A DNA stretch of 64,000 nucleotides from Octopus vulgaris (lineage: Eukaryota). A program made the position numbers and the translations under genes. The notes beneath the pieces are model-generated. The model was not told the DNA's origin and made no database searches. It worked only from the letters and a program-made list of their open reading frames with translations. The stretch spans positions 209,560,001 to 209,624,000 of the forward strand of contig OX597815.1 in NCBI GenBank assembly GCA_951406725.2. The letters run 5' to 3'. Numbering within the stretch: the stretch's first letter is position 1; every line of letters starts with the position of its first letter. Shown here in pieces: positions 29,153 to 45,003 of this stretch.

Positions 29153-29409
29153 TATATATATACATACATATACATACATATATGTATATAAATATTTACA
29201 TGCATGTATACAGACATACCTACGTACGTACATACATGTATATACATATGTGCATGCATACATACGTACATACGCATATACGTACGTACATGCATATATA
29301 CATACATAATTACATACGCATATGTGTGTTCAAAAGAAAACTAAAATCTGAGATGGTTGTGCTAAACTGGTAGACAGTTGCACGTACAAAACTTGCAGCT
29401 AAAATTCAG

Positions 29410-31620
29410 GAGATGCAAGTGACCAAACACTGCGGGTCCATAGCATGCATTAATCTAAAGTATAAATTATAGACAGGCTAGAATGCATTCCTCTAGGTCC
29501 CTTCGAAATACACAATCTGCTGACTTGTAGCAGGAAGGAGTTAAAAACAACTCCTCATTGACAAAGCTGTCCTTAAGGGATCGAAACAGTACAGTCGAAA
29601 CCAACTGGCTACATAGAAAGACGATAAGAAGGCGTTTATTGTGTGCATTACTCACTGATAGTAGAGTCAGTCCGCCCTGCAAAAATTCAGCTGCTACAGT
29701 TAATGTCATTAAGAGGCTGACAACATGGTTCACAGAGTTATCAATAAGAACTGAAGTTTCCACTGTAGTCACGAACAGAATTACGCTATCAAGAGGAATA
29801 TTTCAGAGTGACAGCTTATCTGCAATGCTTTTCGTCCTAGCAGTGAAGTGTTTGCCTGTTAAAGAAATACAATAGTTACATGATAGGATCAGCAAATGCA
29901 AGAAAAGTTATTGTCACCTACACTTTCTTTTTGTTAATGACCGTGAGCTGTGCTCGAGGATGGCATAAGACTAAGAGACAGCTAGAACGGATGACAACAT
30001 TCTCACGTGACATAGGAATGGGGTTAGGTAAGTGTAAGTGTTCATATTTGGAAGTGAAACGACAAGATCGTTGGCCAGACAGGAAATGTAGATGCGAGTG
30101 GTCTTTCTAGTTTCTCATTTATGAGTAATGATTTCTACAAATACCTCAGAACTGAGAATATTGAATATGTTGGGGCAGCTAGAGTGATAAAGGGATAAAA
30201 TATTTCAGCAGACTACGAGAGGTATGGAAGTCAGAGCTGTCTGCATTCAACAAATTCATATGCCATATTGCTTTCGCAGTGATGATGCTAGTACCAACAT
30301 ATGAGGTACTAGACTTGAGTCTTGAATAAGTGTGCAGCTTGTATATCAGAACTAGCAAGATACTAACATCGACTAGTGACTTCCACATCAGAAATGAACT
30401 AAGAGAATATGTTAGATGGAACGATGGAAGAAGTGTCACAGTGGCGTAGCACAGGTTTTGGCCCCCTTTACGCTAACGAAGTTGGATACTCTGTTCTGTA
30501 AACTTGACAGCAAACACATAAAGTGGTTGGACTGTGTGGTTCACACATTACTCACATCCCATCCTTTGGCACTGGAAGGATATAAGATTGATCTAAACGG
30601 TCTTTTTCCACATTGTGACGTTTAGTGCCTACTGAAGTGTTATGAAAGAAACAAGTATATCACGTATATGTTCAACAGCAAAGACAAGGAATAACATCAT
30701 GTGATTAGGCGAAGAACTGAACAGGTACTCTAAGTGTTCAGCTGCTCCATCTGAACCAAAGACGGCTGGTCTGACTTACTGAAGCAGAGAATTGGGAGAG
30801 AAATATACATCATACTAGTAGAAAGCTATGTATGCGTACATATTCCTCAAGCGAGAGAATACGAACAGCATTGATAGACGTATTAGCCTCTCCTGGAACT
30901 GCGATAAATACATTACATCTTATGTTGAGGGTTACTGCCTTTGTTCAAGAGCAGGAGGAATTTATTAAATACCCAATCGGTAAGGAAGATAATGATACCT
31001 TTTGACCTCCGCATTGTGATAAAAAATGTCACTTGTGTCATACCAGTACGGAGGATATCACCCATATCATCAGCTGTTCAAAAATATCCTCAAGACACTA
31101 GCTTCCCATGATGTATAGAATTATCGCTAAGATATCTATATCGGTATACATAGGCAGGATTGTTCCGATGGCTATATCAAAAGCAAACCAGAAATTAAAC
31201 GCACATTTAAAGATAAAGAATACTGGTGAAATATTCCAGTAAAAGCAGCGACCTAAAGTAAGGACACAAGTCAGATATTATTGTGGAAACGGGATCAAAC
31301 GTTATGCGCTGTTAAAGAGATCATCCACCCTGCAGATGTGAATAACTCATTTAAAAGATTGGGCAAAGAACATCTATCAAGAACTAATGAAAAACATAAT
31401 AGTTATTATAGCCAGGTTCTTTTATTCTTTTACTGGTTTTAGTAATTTGACTGCGGCCATGCTGGGGCATCGCCTTAAAGGTGATTATTTGTACTTATTT
31501 TCATAAGTGCACTGGGTGACGTATCAATAGACCTGCATGAAAGTTTAGAAATACTAGAATTTTTGGTAAAAACAAAAAACAAAAAAAAATATCCGGGTGA
31601 CTGTGAAAATTGATTTGCAT
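29410..31620 (+). mobile_element. Highly degenerate R4/Dong-like LINE (RT, Cys knuckle, REL domain)
   Basis: RGIFQSDSLSAMLFVLAV, FSRDIGMGLGKCKCSYLEVKR, FYKYL, CHLCHTSTEDITHIISC, KEYW*NIPVK; many stops and frameshifts. Confidence 0.8.
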
Positions 31621-32626
31621 TCTCGAAATGCACTCAATCAGGGATACACAATTTCTTCAGCATTCCCAAAATTCTCTATTTGAAAGTTTGAGCTGAACCG
31701 CACACAGACACTTTCATACATATTCATACATATATGGAATACATACAAGCACACATAAGCAGTAATGACGCAAACCCATTTACGTATAAAAGTGTCATGC
31801 GTATAAAAAAGTGTACTAAATTAATGCTAATTTATGCAATCGAACACACTTATTCACGTGCACGAAATATAGAATATACAGTGCTCTGCCTAATTCATAT
31901 CCAAGTGGGTTTTTAACACAATAAGCTGGCCGTAACATATGGAAGATACTACAAAAGCATATATATAGTATATATGCTCACACCAACCATTTTAGAGACT
32001 CAGAAACTCTAAGAGAAGTCTTGACATAAACAAAAAGCCTTGTCTCTTTGTTTGTGACCGGCTTTGACACTGTAAAAGAGAGACTCTTAAAAAAAAATTC
32101 CAAAGAAAAACATACAAACATGCATACATAATGGTTGCAACTCAGTATCGTACAATATCATCGTTTGACCGTCCTCGTGCCTTAACAATCCTGCCTGGAA
32201 CCTATTCTCATTTACAGGCATGTACAAAAGACGGGCGCCTCTTGCAGCAGGTGTTGAGAGAGCTTGCCACTCGCGCTGACGCATGCCTTCATTTCATCAT
32301 GGAATTTTCATTTGGTGTTTTGTATGATATGACTTGGCTGTGGCCAGATATTGAATGCAGCACACAATAAAGACGTTGATAATCAAGTGATGCCTATGCC
32401 TGAAGCTTTTTAAAGTTATGGAAGATCTTGCACAGAGCCAATGCCACTCTCTAAACATCGCATTCTTTAGCCCCTAAAGAACTAGTCTACATCATCGAAC
32501 ATAAATGAAACCGCAGGCGCTACATCAGAGTTTTTTCTTTCTCATAGAATGATGCCTAAACAAAGACTATGGGCCTCTAACCTCACAGCTGTTGGCTGGC
32601 CGTTGACTCTACAGAGTACTAACTAA

Positions 32627-32845
32627 CTATCCACACAGTCGAAGTCGACTCTCGGTTACTCGATGGATCAGTGTCCTCCAGCCAGTTCTATCCCGGGCCG
32701 CTTTTTTCAGATTGGCCATGGACATTCCCGTGTCACTCTTGATGGTATCAAGCCAGCGGGTTCTTGGTCGGCCTCTTCGTCTCTTGCCACTGACCATTCC
32801 GGGCATGATGTCCTTCTCCAGGGATTTTCTATTAAGTTCAGTCAC
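32627..32845 (-). mobile_element. RTE/BovB-like LINE 3' end
   Basis: SLEKDIMPGMVSGKRRRGRPRTRWLDTIKSDTGMS..AARDRTGWRTLIHRVTESRLRL. Confidence 0.85.
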
Positions 32846-33023
32846 CCTTTATTTTTTCACTTAGCAGGGTGTCCAGCGAAAACTACCCTCCTTACCTGGC
32901 ACTTCTGTAGGGCTGCCAATATAGTCGCAGATGACCCAATCATGTGACAAATTGTAATGGGTTACATGTTACCCGTAGCATGCATGCATACATACATACA
33001 CACACATGCACATATACACACAC

Positions 33024-33106
<83 letters not shown>

Positions 33107-34114
33107 AATGATTTAATTGGAGTGAATATGAATAATGATGTATCTATTAATACATACCTACATATGTTATTTTCACAAGCATAGTTTTATACAGAAGAGA
33201 AAAAATTAGGGTTTAAGGAAACTATTGATTACCTGCATTCAGAAAAAAACCGGCGAAATTTGTGAAATAATATTTTACACATAATCATATATAGGCATCT
33301 CTCCCACTTTTTCTATCTTTTTGTTTTCTTAATTTCTTTGTTTCTCTCGCTGTTTCTTTCTTTCCTTATTTCTTTCTTTCCTTCTTTCTTTCTTTTTCAC
33401 TTCCTCTGTATGTGTGCAAGTGTGAGTGTGGGATATTTTAAAATCTTAACACACACACATACGCACACACACACACACACTCACGCATACTCACACACAC
33501 AACAGTATATACATTAAAACACATTGGAAAGTCCAAAAGTAATAATGAATAATAATAACATTATTATTAAATAAATATCCTCGAAAAAATACCTCACACA
33601 AAGAAAACAAAAACAAAAAACAAGCAAACAAACAACTCAACCATAATAACAAAAAAAATACCATCAGAAAAACAACAAATAATACAAAAACTAAACAAAA
33701 CACAACACTCAACAAATCAATACAAACCTGAATCAGCAAATAGAGATAAGTTTCCAAGTTAGCTGTGACTAAATCGATAGTTTACGGTCTTGTTTTATGG
33801 AGGTCTGGCAGACGGCATGATAATTACAGTTGGGAATTGACTCAATAAGATACATAGAGTACCTGGTATTGAGTTATTAGAACCTTTCTTCACGCAATCA
33901 ATGACACAGAGAATATAATGAGTTTATGTGTGACAGCTAATCTAAAGCCTGATTGCTCTTCCTTTCACCACATTGTACAACTCTTCTTTCACAAAAGCAA
34001 GAGAAAGTTTTGCACAAGCTTGCATGTATGCGTGTGATTATCCATATATGTTTGATCGTTTATATGCACGTGTCTGTTCTGTACATGTACACATATATAT
34101 ACACACACAAAGAA

Positions 34115-34214
<100 letters not shown>

Positions 34215-34350
34215 CACACACATACATTCATATATATGTATATGTATGCCTATATATATCTATTGTATATGTATAGATGTATATATATATATGTGTATAT
34301 ACTTTTTACTATATATACTATATATATTTTGCTATATATATACATATACA

Positions 34351-34425
<75 letters not shown>

Positions 34426-35046
34426 GCATGTGTACATCTGGAACTTGATTTGGCATTTCGCATATGAGAACAAGAATGACAATGGGTAAGCAAGAACCAT
34501 TGTTGAGTTCTAGACAGGATCCAATTAAATATGACAAGCATTGGCAGTGTATTGTCTGCCATATACGTCTGTCTGTGGCTGTCTGTGTATGTGTGTGTGT
34601 GCGTGTGTGTGTGACACAAACATTCTTTACTTTCAAAATGTTCTGTAGACTTCATGAATTTCGACAAAAATAGGCTAAAATTATAGAGATTTAAAAACAG
34701 TGGAAATGGAAACATATAGAAAAACAATTAATTCGCTTTAATTTCTTAATATTTCGTCGCAGTTCTGCAACTTTTGTTTTTAGATTACTAAAATTAACCG
34801 TTTACAATGTAAATACTTTTGTTTGAACGCATCTTGTGAGATTAAGTCAGTTACCTGACGACAAGAACAACACCGAAACCTTAATATACACAGGGTGCTC
34901 CAGAAGTCAAGGAAGCAAGATAAGTTCTATAGTCTTCCGAATTGTCAAAGGAATGCTTCACTTTTTTAAAAATTCAATAAAATTCAATAAAATAATGATG
35001 AATACACATTTTGTTCATCATGTACTTGTCCATGATAAACAAAATA

Positions 35047-35100
<54 letters not shown>

Positions 35101-35103
<3 letters not shown>

Positions 35104-35660
35104 TGACAGGAAGATAGATGCAAATAGGCCAGACATCATATTGAAAAACTTCAAACAAAGAACATGCCTCCTCATTGATATGACTGTCCCAATCGATATA
35201 AACGTATCTGTCAAGACCTACCAAAAACTGAGCAAATATAAAGTACTTGAAATAGAAATCAGCAAAATGTGGAAGCTGAAGACTAAAACAATACCTGTTG
35301 TCATAGGTGCCCTGGGAATGATAGCAAAAGGGGCTGATAGCTACCTAACTCAGATACCAGGAAACCCAAAAATGGCAGAAGTTCAAAAGATAGTGCTCAT
35401 GGGAACTGCTCATATCCTACGCAAAATACTCTCTATGTAATCTCAAGGTTTAAAACAAACATAATTTTCGGTTTAAAAAAAAAAAAAAAAAAAAAAACCT
35501 TTTTTTTTTTTAGACATTCATTAGTACAACATCCCCACCCCCCAAATATATGGCACACTAGGCATAACAACAACATGAACTTCCAACCTGTTGTCTCTTG
35601 AGGTCTCTGGGTGAGACTTGGAGCCAACTTGTACAAATATAAAGCAAAAGTCAAACATAG
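35101..35660 (+). mobile_element. 5'-truncated R4/Dong-like LINE 3' end (REL endonuclease C-terminus + 3' UTR) in (AAT)n
   Basis: TDRKIDANRPDII..CLLIDMTVP..KLSKY..EISKMWKLKTKTIPVVIGALG..MGTAHILRKILSM*; flanked by AAT repeats on both sides. Confidence 0.9.
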
Positions 35661-35705
35661 AATAATAATAATAATAATAATAATGATGATGATGATAATA
35701 ATAAT

Positions 35706-35896
35706 CCTTTCTATTATAGGCACAAGACCTGAAATTTTGCATCTCCCCTAGTGTTTCACTTGTACCTAACTTATCGATCTGGAAAGAATGAAAGGCAAAG
35801 TCGACCTCAGCTGATTTTGAACTCAGAACGTAGCGACGGGCGAAATACCGCTAAGCATTTCGTACAGCATGCTAACGATTCTGCCTGCTCACCGTC
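35706..35896 (-). mobile_element. SINE family B, older tail type ending in (ATT)n
   Basis: Family B head and centre; tail gtgcctataatagaaagg(att)n. Confidence 0.8.
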
Positions 35897-35899
35897 CTG

Positions 35900-36316
<417 letters not shown>

Positions 36317-36319
<3 letters not shown>

Positions 36320-37074
36320 CAAAATGAAAACATTGATCATGTTGTCTCCAAGTGCAGTCTTCTAGCGCCTAAAGAGTATCTCCACAGGCATGATAGAGCT
36401 GCACAATATATTCACTGGGTAATTTGCAAAAGCCTGGACTTGCCCCATGATAAAAACTGGTGGGAACACAAACCACCTCCAGTGCTTGAAAATGACCACA
36501 TCTCACTCCTCTGGAACTTCACCTTTCAAACTGACAGAAAGATAGAAGCGAATAGGCCAGACATCATAGGTAAAGACTTCAGACAAAAAACATGCCTCCT
36601 CATTGATATGACTGTCCCAATCGATATAAACGTATCTGTCAATACCTACCAGAAACTGAGCAAATATAAAGATCTGTAAATAGAAATCAGCAAAATGTGG
36701 AAACTGAAGACTAAAACAATACCTGTTGTCATAGGTGCCCTGGGAATGACAGCAAAAGGGGCTGATTGCTACCTAACTCAGATACCAGGAAACCCAAAAA
36801 TGTCAGAAATTCAAAAGATAGTGCTCATGGGAACTGCTCATATCCTACGCAACATACATTCTATGTAATCTCAAGTTTTAAAACAAACATAATTTTCGTA
36901 TGGTTTTCACTAGTATGGTTTTTAGGCATTCACTAGTGCAACACTAAGTACAAAACCAAATATATGGCACCCTAGGCATAACACCAACATGAACTTCCAG
37001 CTTTTTGTCTCTTGGGGTCTCTGGGTGAGACTTGGAGCCAACTTGTACAAATATAAAGCAAAAGTCAAACATAG
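36317..37074 (+). mobile_element. 5'-truncated R4/Dong-like LINE 3' end, same family as 35101-35660
   Basis: ENIDHVVSKC..EYLHRHD..IHW..LLWNF..ANRPDII..LIDMTVP (RHD and PD..D REL motifs); same 3' UTR ending gcaaaagtcaaacatag; AAT repeats on both sides. Confidence 0.9.
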
Positions 37075-37075
37075 A

Positions 37076-37178
<103 letters not shown>

Positions 37179-37248
37179 TAATAATAATGATAATAATAAT
37201 AAAAATAATAATAATAATGTTGATGATGATGATGATGATAATAATAAC

Positions 37249-37777
37249 CCTTTCTATAGAGGCACAAAGCCTGAAATTTTGGGGGTAGGGAACTAGTCGA
37301 TTACATCTCCCCCAGTATTTCACTGGTACTTGATTTATCAATCCCGAAAGAATGAAAAGCAAAGTCTAACTCAGCGGAATTTGAACTCAGAACGTAGCGA
37401 CGGGCGAAATACCTATTTCTTTACTGCCCACAAGGGGCTAAACACAGAGAGGACAAACAAGGACAGACATACGAATTAAGTCGATTATATCAGCCCCAGT
37501 GCGTAATTGGTACTTATTTAATCGACCCCGAAAGGATGAAAGGCAAAGTCGACCTCGGCGGGATTTGAACTCAGAACGTAGCGGCAGACGAAATACCGCT
37601 AAGCATTTCGGCCAGTGTGCTTACGACTCTGTCAGCTCGCCGCCTTAATAAATGACAATAATAATAATTGTAATGATAACAATATTCCTTTCTCCTGGAA
37701 GCACAAGGCTTCAAATTTAGGGGAAAGGATTAAGTCGTTCACATCGACCCCAGTGCGCAACTGGTACTTATTTAACC

Positions 37778-37778
<1 letters not shown>
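37249..37778 (-). mobile_element. SINE family B dimer (37249-37645) plus tail fragment (37687-37778)
   Basis: Same motifs as the other family B copies; same GGTATTTCG restart junction near 37412. Confidence 0.85.
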
Positions 37779-37841
<63 letters not shown>

Positions 37842-37842
37842 G

Positions 37843-37901
<59 letters not shown>

Positions 37902-37916
37902 GTAATAATAATAATA

Positions 37917-38313
37917 GAAAAGTTTACAGAAAACGAGAAAGCAACCATACTTTGGGATATGGCAATTCACACAGATAGAGAAATTAAGGCTAATAGGCCT
38001 GATATAGTTTTCAGAGGATAGCAAAAAAAAAACAAAATGCTTTCTAATCGATGTATCAATACCAGCAGATGACAATGCTTCTCTAAAAGAAACAGAAACT
38101 TTCAAAATACAAATATCTATACATAAAAAACACCAGTACTAACAAGTATATATAACATACAGAAAATAGCACTACTAGGCACCGCACAGTTCCTATGTAA
38201 AACACTTTCAATACAGTAAAAATAAGAGCACCACAACAAACCACAGCACTTACAGAAGGAATACAGAGCTGCGCTCGGTAGAGCAGTGAAAGCACGTGAT
38301 AAAAATAAGACTA

Positions 38314-38316
<3 letters not shown>
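37917..38316 (+). mobile_element. Internally deleted 3' end of a second R4/Dong-like family in (AAT)n
   Basis: LWDMAIHTDREIKANRPDIV..CFLIDVSIPADDN; different 3' UTR; AAT repeats on both sides. Confidence 0.8.
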
Positions 38317-38359
<43 letters not shown>

Positions 38360-39089
38360 TCATCTATTTCAGTGCGTGACTTTTAGCCCACCCTGTACTT
38401 CCTTATTTTACACCCTAGAGATGATCAATCGCTCTGTGGTAAGCGAATGGTAGAGTATAAAACAAATTGTGGTATAACTTCACGTTTTGATTTGAAATAC
38501 CAGCGAGGTTAAATTATCTTTCATCATTTCGAGGTCGATGAAAAGTGTGCTGGGATCTATTGTAATGGAATGTAACGCCAAATTGGTGCTTTGGCATAGT
38601 CAGAACTCAGTCACAAAAGATACTACAAGAATAAAAAGCACACGAATAACAGAACTTCTAAAACCAGCTCTTACAATATCAGAATGCCGCTAGACATTGC
38701 TAGATACACAGAACTACGTACTGTTGACATTAAGGCAATATAACTCGAACATTAACATCGTCGCTATATTCAGTTGAAATGTGCCTTCATGGTGAAGGGA
38801 AACATCTGAAACTAGGAAAAGATGGAACTGGTAGGATTTTTACACCAATCAGCGTTACATCAAAAATTTTAATATTAGAAGAAAATACGTACCGACTTTA
38901 TAGGATTGGTTCTACTATGAAATATATTCTAGAGAAAGACCTTACGGGTTTACCTGTCGAAAATAATGATGAAGTGATTGTGACTTTCTCAGAATTAATT
39001 TTAGAATATGTTTCTTGCCAGTACTCCGACGTTAAGCTCTGCCGGGTATTTTAAAATATCTTATCAGCAACCATGACACATTTACATGC

Positions 39090-39470
39090 TTCTGTCATCT
39101 GATTGCGGCCATGCTAGGATACCACTTTGAAAGGTTTAGTCGAACAAACCGACCTAGTACTTATTTTCTTTTAATGTCTACTAATTCTATCAGTCGCTTT
39201 GCCAAGCCGCTGGGATAAGGGGACGTAAACAAACCAGTACCGGTTGACAAGTGATATAGGAGAAACACAAAAACATGTACGCGCACACACACACACACAA
39301 ATATATATATATATGTACAATGCACTTCCACACAGTTTCTTTTCAACCAAATTCAACTCATGACATTAGTTGGCCTCGGGCTATAGTAGAAGAAACGGAA
39401 CCAAGATGCCAAGCAGTGAGACTGAACCCGAAACCATGTGATTGCAAAGCAAACCATTTAAGCACACAAC
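39090..39470 (-). mobile_element. Diverged SINE family A
   Basis: Colinear similarity to the other copies. Confidence 0.75.
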
Positions 39471-40689
39471 CAAAAGTGATAATTATCCCAAGCAGATTCA
39501 CTTCGTTGATTAGTTATGATTAAACTCAGTGGCTAACTGACACAGGCAAAAGAAGCGCGAGTAAGTGTTATATAGACGAGTCTTATAACTCGTTCATTAT
39601 ATTACCTCGTAATCATTAATACGTAAGTTAGACAAAGCGGCCTCTATAAAACATCAGGTGACACCAATAATCTCTTTGAGGCTAATAATCGACAATTTAA
39701 TAACAAGAGTTAGTAACAGGAAACGTGTAATTATTATACCTATCAAGATCGATAGTGGTCTCGGCTGTTCAGATTACCCAATTAGCCGGTCTTTATTAAA
39801 GGTTAAATTTCAATGAGCACATATATACCATAGATAAATAAGTCCCATACGGATGGATATTTCGGTCCTGATTGAAGCTAAAGATGCGGGGGATTCGTTA
39901 TAGACAGAATAGTTTATAACATTCATTTCCAACCGTTTATAAAAATTAACACATTCGCATTCAAATTTCTATGATGCATATCTATACTAAAACAATCCAA
40001 ATTTGGTATGATGAGAATTATTAATGTATCGTATTCCCCATTGATACAAAGTGAGGAGCGCCCTTACAGTTTACCAAAGGAACCAAAGATCTACTCAGAG
40101 TAAGAACGCTTAATCTGATCGTAGATTAAATGTGTTTGCTGAATTTTAAACCTTAGTATAGACCAGATAATTAGATGATGTAAACAGTTACCGTCATCCA
40201 CTATATTCATACATTCAATATTTACACGGTTTCTGTTACAAACTTTTGCTATTAAATAATCGAATATAAGCCTCGAACAAGGTTATGGGTCTTGGATAAA
40301 GAGTGGTCCTTAAGTTAAAGTTCACGAACATTATTTATAGCTTAAATGACAGATAACATGCATTATTTTGGTCAAAAATCGCCAGCTGGTGTAGATGAAC
40401 TCAACACAATCTAGCGTAAATTTTTTGATATATTACCAACCAAAACACTATTTTTCAAGAGCTATCTTTTAAAGAAAACATTGGAAATTTCTAGTGAACT
40501 TCTGACTCTATGAAATAAATAATAAGCTCTGCTTCACAAATGAATAGTTTCAAAGAAAGAGATTCTCTTCATCCAACAGCTGAGGCTTACAAATTAAGAA
40601 TCACTAAGCAATCATATATTCTAGAAAAACTATTTTTCCTCGAAACTTAGTGATGTGATCAATATTGCTATCTACCTTTCCATAAGAAG

Positions 40690-40880
40690 AGTGAGAGACG
40701 TATTCTCTTTCTTTCCACTCGAGAAAGATCCTAACACGAGTAATCCATAATCATCTAGAAACCCTGCAGAAAATATCTTCTCTGAGTTATAATGTAGTGT
40801 GAGGTATCATGGTGTAATGCTACTATCGATTTAATATGATTTGGGCAGCAGCTGAAAGGAAATATGAAGAGAATCAATAG
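40690..40880 (+). mobile_element. Degenerate RTE-like RT fragment
   Basis: KILTRVIHNHL..AENIFSEL*CSVR (cf. KILARVLLNRL..E.ILPESQCGFR). Confidence 0.45.
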
Positions 40881-40898
40881 CTATTATTATCATTATTA

Positions 40899-40966
<68 letters not shown>

Positions 40967-42909
40967 GGGTTTGACTGAGGTTTGTTCTTATTCTTTGTAA
41001 AATTTATGTGTGTAGCGGGTTACTACCTATAACCTTATATATTCGCAACCTTTCAATAATCTTTCAAGTGCTCAAACCCCTTCCGATAATCTTTACTATC
41101 CCTAAGAGGCAAATGTCCTGTAGAAGCGCTACAGGACATTCCATCGTTTGCCTATATATAGGGTGTTTCAAATCCCTGGTTTCCATCAAGTTTTCCTCGT
41201 TTCATTACTAATATAGTGCACTTTTCAATCCCAAATTCCATACCTACATCATTTTAGAAAATGTGAACAGTATGTTCAAGACCTTCAAGCTGATTCTCAC
41301 TTTATGAATAACATTTTAAAAAGGAGATGATATTAAAAAAACGTATTTATACAGTTATTCTATATGTAAAAGAAGTTAACAAATTATTTTACCTATCATT
41401 CTAAATGACTGCTGATGATCCCATTAGTACAGACTACGGTCAAAGGGTCAAGTGAAAGAGAAAAATGATATATGAATATTTAAATACCTAGTAGTATTCT
41501 GAAATGAGACTTAATATTATTATTATCTTCTTCGATTCATCGAAAGACCTAGATACAAAAAATCAAAAGCCCTTAGGGACATTTTGGTAACGTGATTGCG
41601 AGGTGAAATTTGAAAGAATCTGTTGGATCTCTCTTTACATTTCCAAAATCATTATAACAAGCAACGAGAAAATTTGTTAATATTTTGAAGAGAAATCGAT
41701 CTGTATTAAACAGAACTGTGATATTCTAAAAATGTTACTACGTGTCTACGTGGTATCTCTTTTTCATTAACATTACAATTTACATGGTGTACATATCTCA
41801 TACAGAACAAGCTGATAGATCTTCAATCGCAATTGGCTAAAGCACCAAGAATAAATGCATCATAAAGAACGATTACCTGCGCAACTGAATTAACAGATAT
41901 GACATGTTTACGCATATTTTGACATATATACAGAAATTTAATTATGAAATTGAAGGCAGATTCAACCAAGACACCTTTGCTGTTCACGTACCTTTCTCGT
42001 GCATGATACAAAAATAGTATGAATCGACTATTCTAGGGAGAATGTTAAAATATTTCAGATATTTGTTGATGAAATTTCCATTGGTGACGTAATTCACCCG
42101 AGGAATGTGTAAGCAAGCTACACTTTCAGAATCAAAAAGCTCTAAGCTCTTTAACGATTCTTGATAAATAGAGGATCACTTAAAAAGTGATGTATATAAT
42201 AAGTGTAACTCTGAAGATGTTTTAAATAATAACATAAAGTTGAACAACACCACCAAAACTGATTGAGAAAAATTCTAAATACAATTGGTCATCGAAACTG
42301 CAAGAAATAGTAGCTAGAAGCTAAATGATTTTCAGATTACATCTACTGCCATAAATAGAGCGGATGATGTAGGATCTGAAAGAGAAAACGATGACAAGAG
42401 CCAATTTGCTATGACTGTGTTTTAAATGTCTGCTCTATCAAGATTGACAAAGGCTAAGCAACAATGCTGATATGAAATGTATTGAAATCACTGCTATATT
42501 CAAGCAATCGATGTTCGAATGTCAGTATGGGTTATTTACTAAGTGCATAGATGCCTGTCTGCCAGTCTGTCTGTCTGTCTGTCTGTTACGCTAACGTCTA
42601 TTTTGAGCATATAGGCCTATTGGAATGATGCTTGAAATTGTCTTGGATTCAACGATTTATAAGCATCTTGAAGTAAAAGGGTCTTCCTTGAACAAGATAT
42701 CAGGGCGTCACAAGATTTTCTTATTAGGTTCCACTGGCACTAATTGCCATTTGGATAGACAAAGACAACGCGAAGTGAAGTACCTTACCTAAATGCACAA
42801 CAGGATACTCGATCCGAAAATTCAACGTCCGTCCGGCCTAACGATCGTGATCCCACCAAGCACTGGTCGGATCACGTTCATTTGACCAACCAAGGTCTAA
42901 GTACTAAGC

Positions 42910-43270
42910 CATACGCTTTCCTTGTTTTCCCGCTCTGTGTATAGCCCCTTGTCGACAATAAAGAAATAAAAATCATTTGCACGCCGAGTGAAATACTTAA
43001 CGGTATTTCGTCTGCCGTTTGAAGGCGGCGAGCTGGCAGAAACGTTAGCACCCCAGATGAAATGCTTAGCGGTATTTCGTCTGGCGTTACGTTGTGAGTT
43101 CAAATTCCGCTGAGGTCGACTTTGCCTTTCATCATTTCGAGATCGATAAATTAAGTACCAGTTACGCACTTGGGATCGATGTAATCGACTTAAACCCTTT
43201 GTCTGTCCTTGTCTGTCCCCTCTGTGTTTAGCTCCTTGTGGGCAGTAAAGAAATAAGAAACGTTAGCACA
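42910..43270 (+). mobile_element. Nested/tandem SINE family B pieces
   Basis: Tail, partial head, full copy (43023-43257), then a restart at gaaacgttagca. Confidence 0.85.
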
Positions 43271-44251
43271 TACATACATACAAACATGAGTGTGTGGCGA
43301 GAGTTCATGGCAAAAACGTCCCATTAGAAAAAGAAAATAATATAGTACATAATAATATACAGGTTTTGAGGTTTGACCTTCTTTTGGTCCTTAAAAAGAA
43401 ATCAGAATTATTTTTTAGCATGACTACTTAGCGTGTTTGACATTTCTATTAGCGACATTTGCATCGACATATATATTAACGATTAGGTCGAGGCGTGGTC
43501 ACATATACATTCATTTTGTGTGGATCAACAAACGCAAACATATAAAATGCAGTCCTATATACCATACAAATGCTCACGTATTTTTACATCAAGAACAATA
43601 AAAAAACTATAAGAGAAAGAGACAGTAATGGACAAAAAGAAAATTGTCCAATATTTGTAAAACCTATGTCAATATTTATTTAAACGCGACTTGTTTGATA
43701 CAGGTCTACTAATTTACACGTTATTTACTCATCACCATATACAAATCTCAGGATAGATTAAAACATATATACGAAAGTGTCGGAAGTGGCCTTGTTTTTC
43801 TATTTAATACGCTTGTATTTCTCTGTTTGTGTACTTAAAGTGCGTTTCACATGTGTACACGTGATGTGTGTTTGAGAATGTGAAGAATATATGCGTGTTT
43901 CTGTTTCTGTGTGCGAGTATGATGTTTGCGTATGCCAGCGTGTGTGCGTGTATGTGTGTGTTGTTAACTTCTAACTGAAATCGTGTAAGCATATGCGTCC
44001 CTCACATCATCGATCGTGTAGGTATACATATACATACATACATTGACACACATACATACATACATACATACACACACATACACACATATATATATACACA
44101 CACAAATACACACACAAACATATATATATATATATACACACACACAGGTATTCTATCAGGATAAAGACACTGAATCACTCGATACAGATTAACTACTCGG
44201 ATACCAGAGGTTGCCTACGACGATATATATATATGTATATGTATATGTATG

Positions 44252-44306
<55 letters not shown>

Positions 44307-44420
44307 GTGATCACGTGACCGACCAGACCATCAGATGTTGTTACACATCGCTGGTCACAATGCGTTCGCATTGTTTTAGCCTTCGAATGACGCCACCCCG
44401 CTGGCTAAGCGAGCAGGCCA

Positions 44421-44509
<89 letters not shown>

Positions 44510-44514
44510 CACAC

Positions 44515-44563
<49 letters not shown>

Positions 44564-44786
44564 TATATATCTTGGTTCAATCCCATGGTCATTCGTGACC
44601 GAAAGAGATCTTTGCCCTTTATATGTATTAATCATTTACGAGTATTTCGTTTGTTACATCATAAACAATGTGGAGCATCCATACAAAATTATATACAGAG
44701 CATATTCAGATCATATATTTAAAAATTTTTAATGTAACGTTGATTGATGTAAAAACCCTACAAGTTATCGAAACGATCGTAACTTA

Positions 44787-44948
44787 GGCGCAGGAATGGC
44801 TGTGTGGTAAGTAGCTTGTTTACCAACCACATGGTTCCGGGTTCAGTCCCACTACGTGGCACCTTGGGAAAGTGTCTTCTACTATAGCCTCGGACCGACC
44901 AAAGCCTTGTGATTGGATTTGGTAGACGGAAACTGAAAGAATCCCGTC

Positions 44949-45003
<55 letters not shown>

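Noticed and set aside
32130-32590. Possible degenerate LINE RT on the minus strand (GFIYxDD-like); similar weak RT hints at 31980-32085 and 61150-61390
   Set aside because: Too decayed to call without an alignment.
34745-34880. Hammerhead-like pieces (minus GUUGCAG/CUGCGAC-GAAAUAUU; plus CUGACGA..GAAAC)
   Set aside because: The first lacks the core and the second lacks stem II.
44738-44785. GAAACGATCGTA hammerhead half
   Set aside because: Stem III and the cleavage site match the 22845 motif, but the CUGANGA core is not recognisable; at most a dead remnant.
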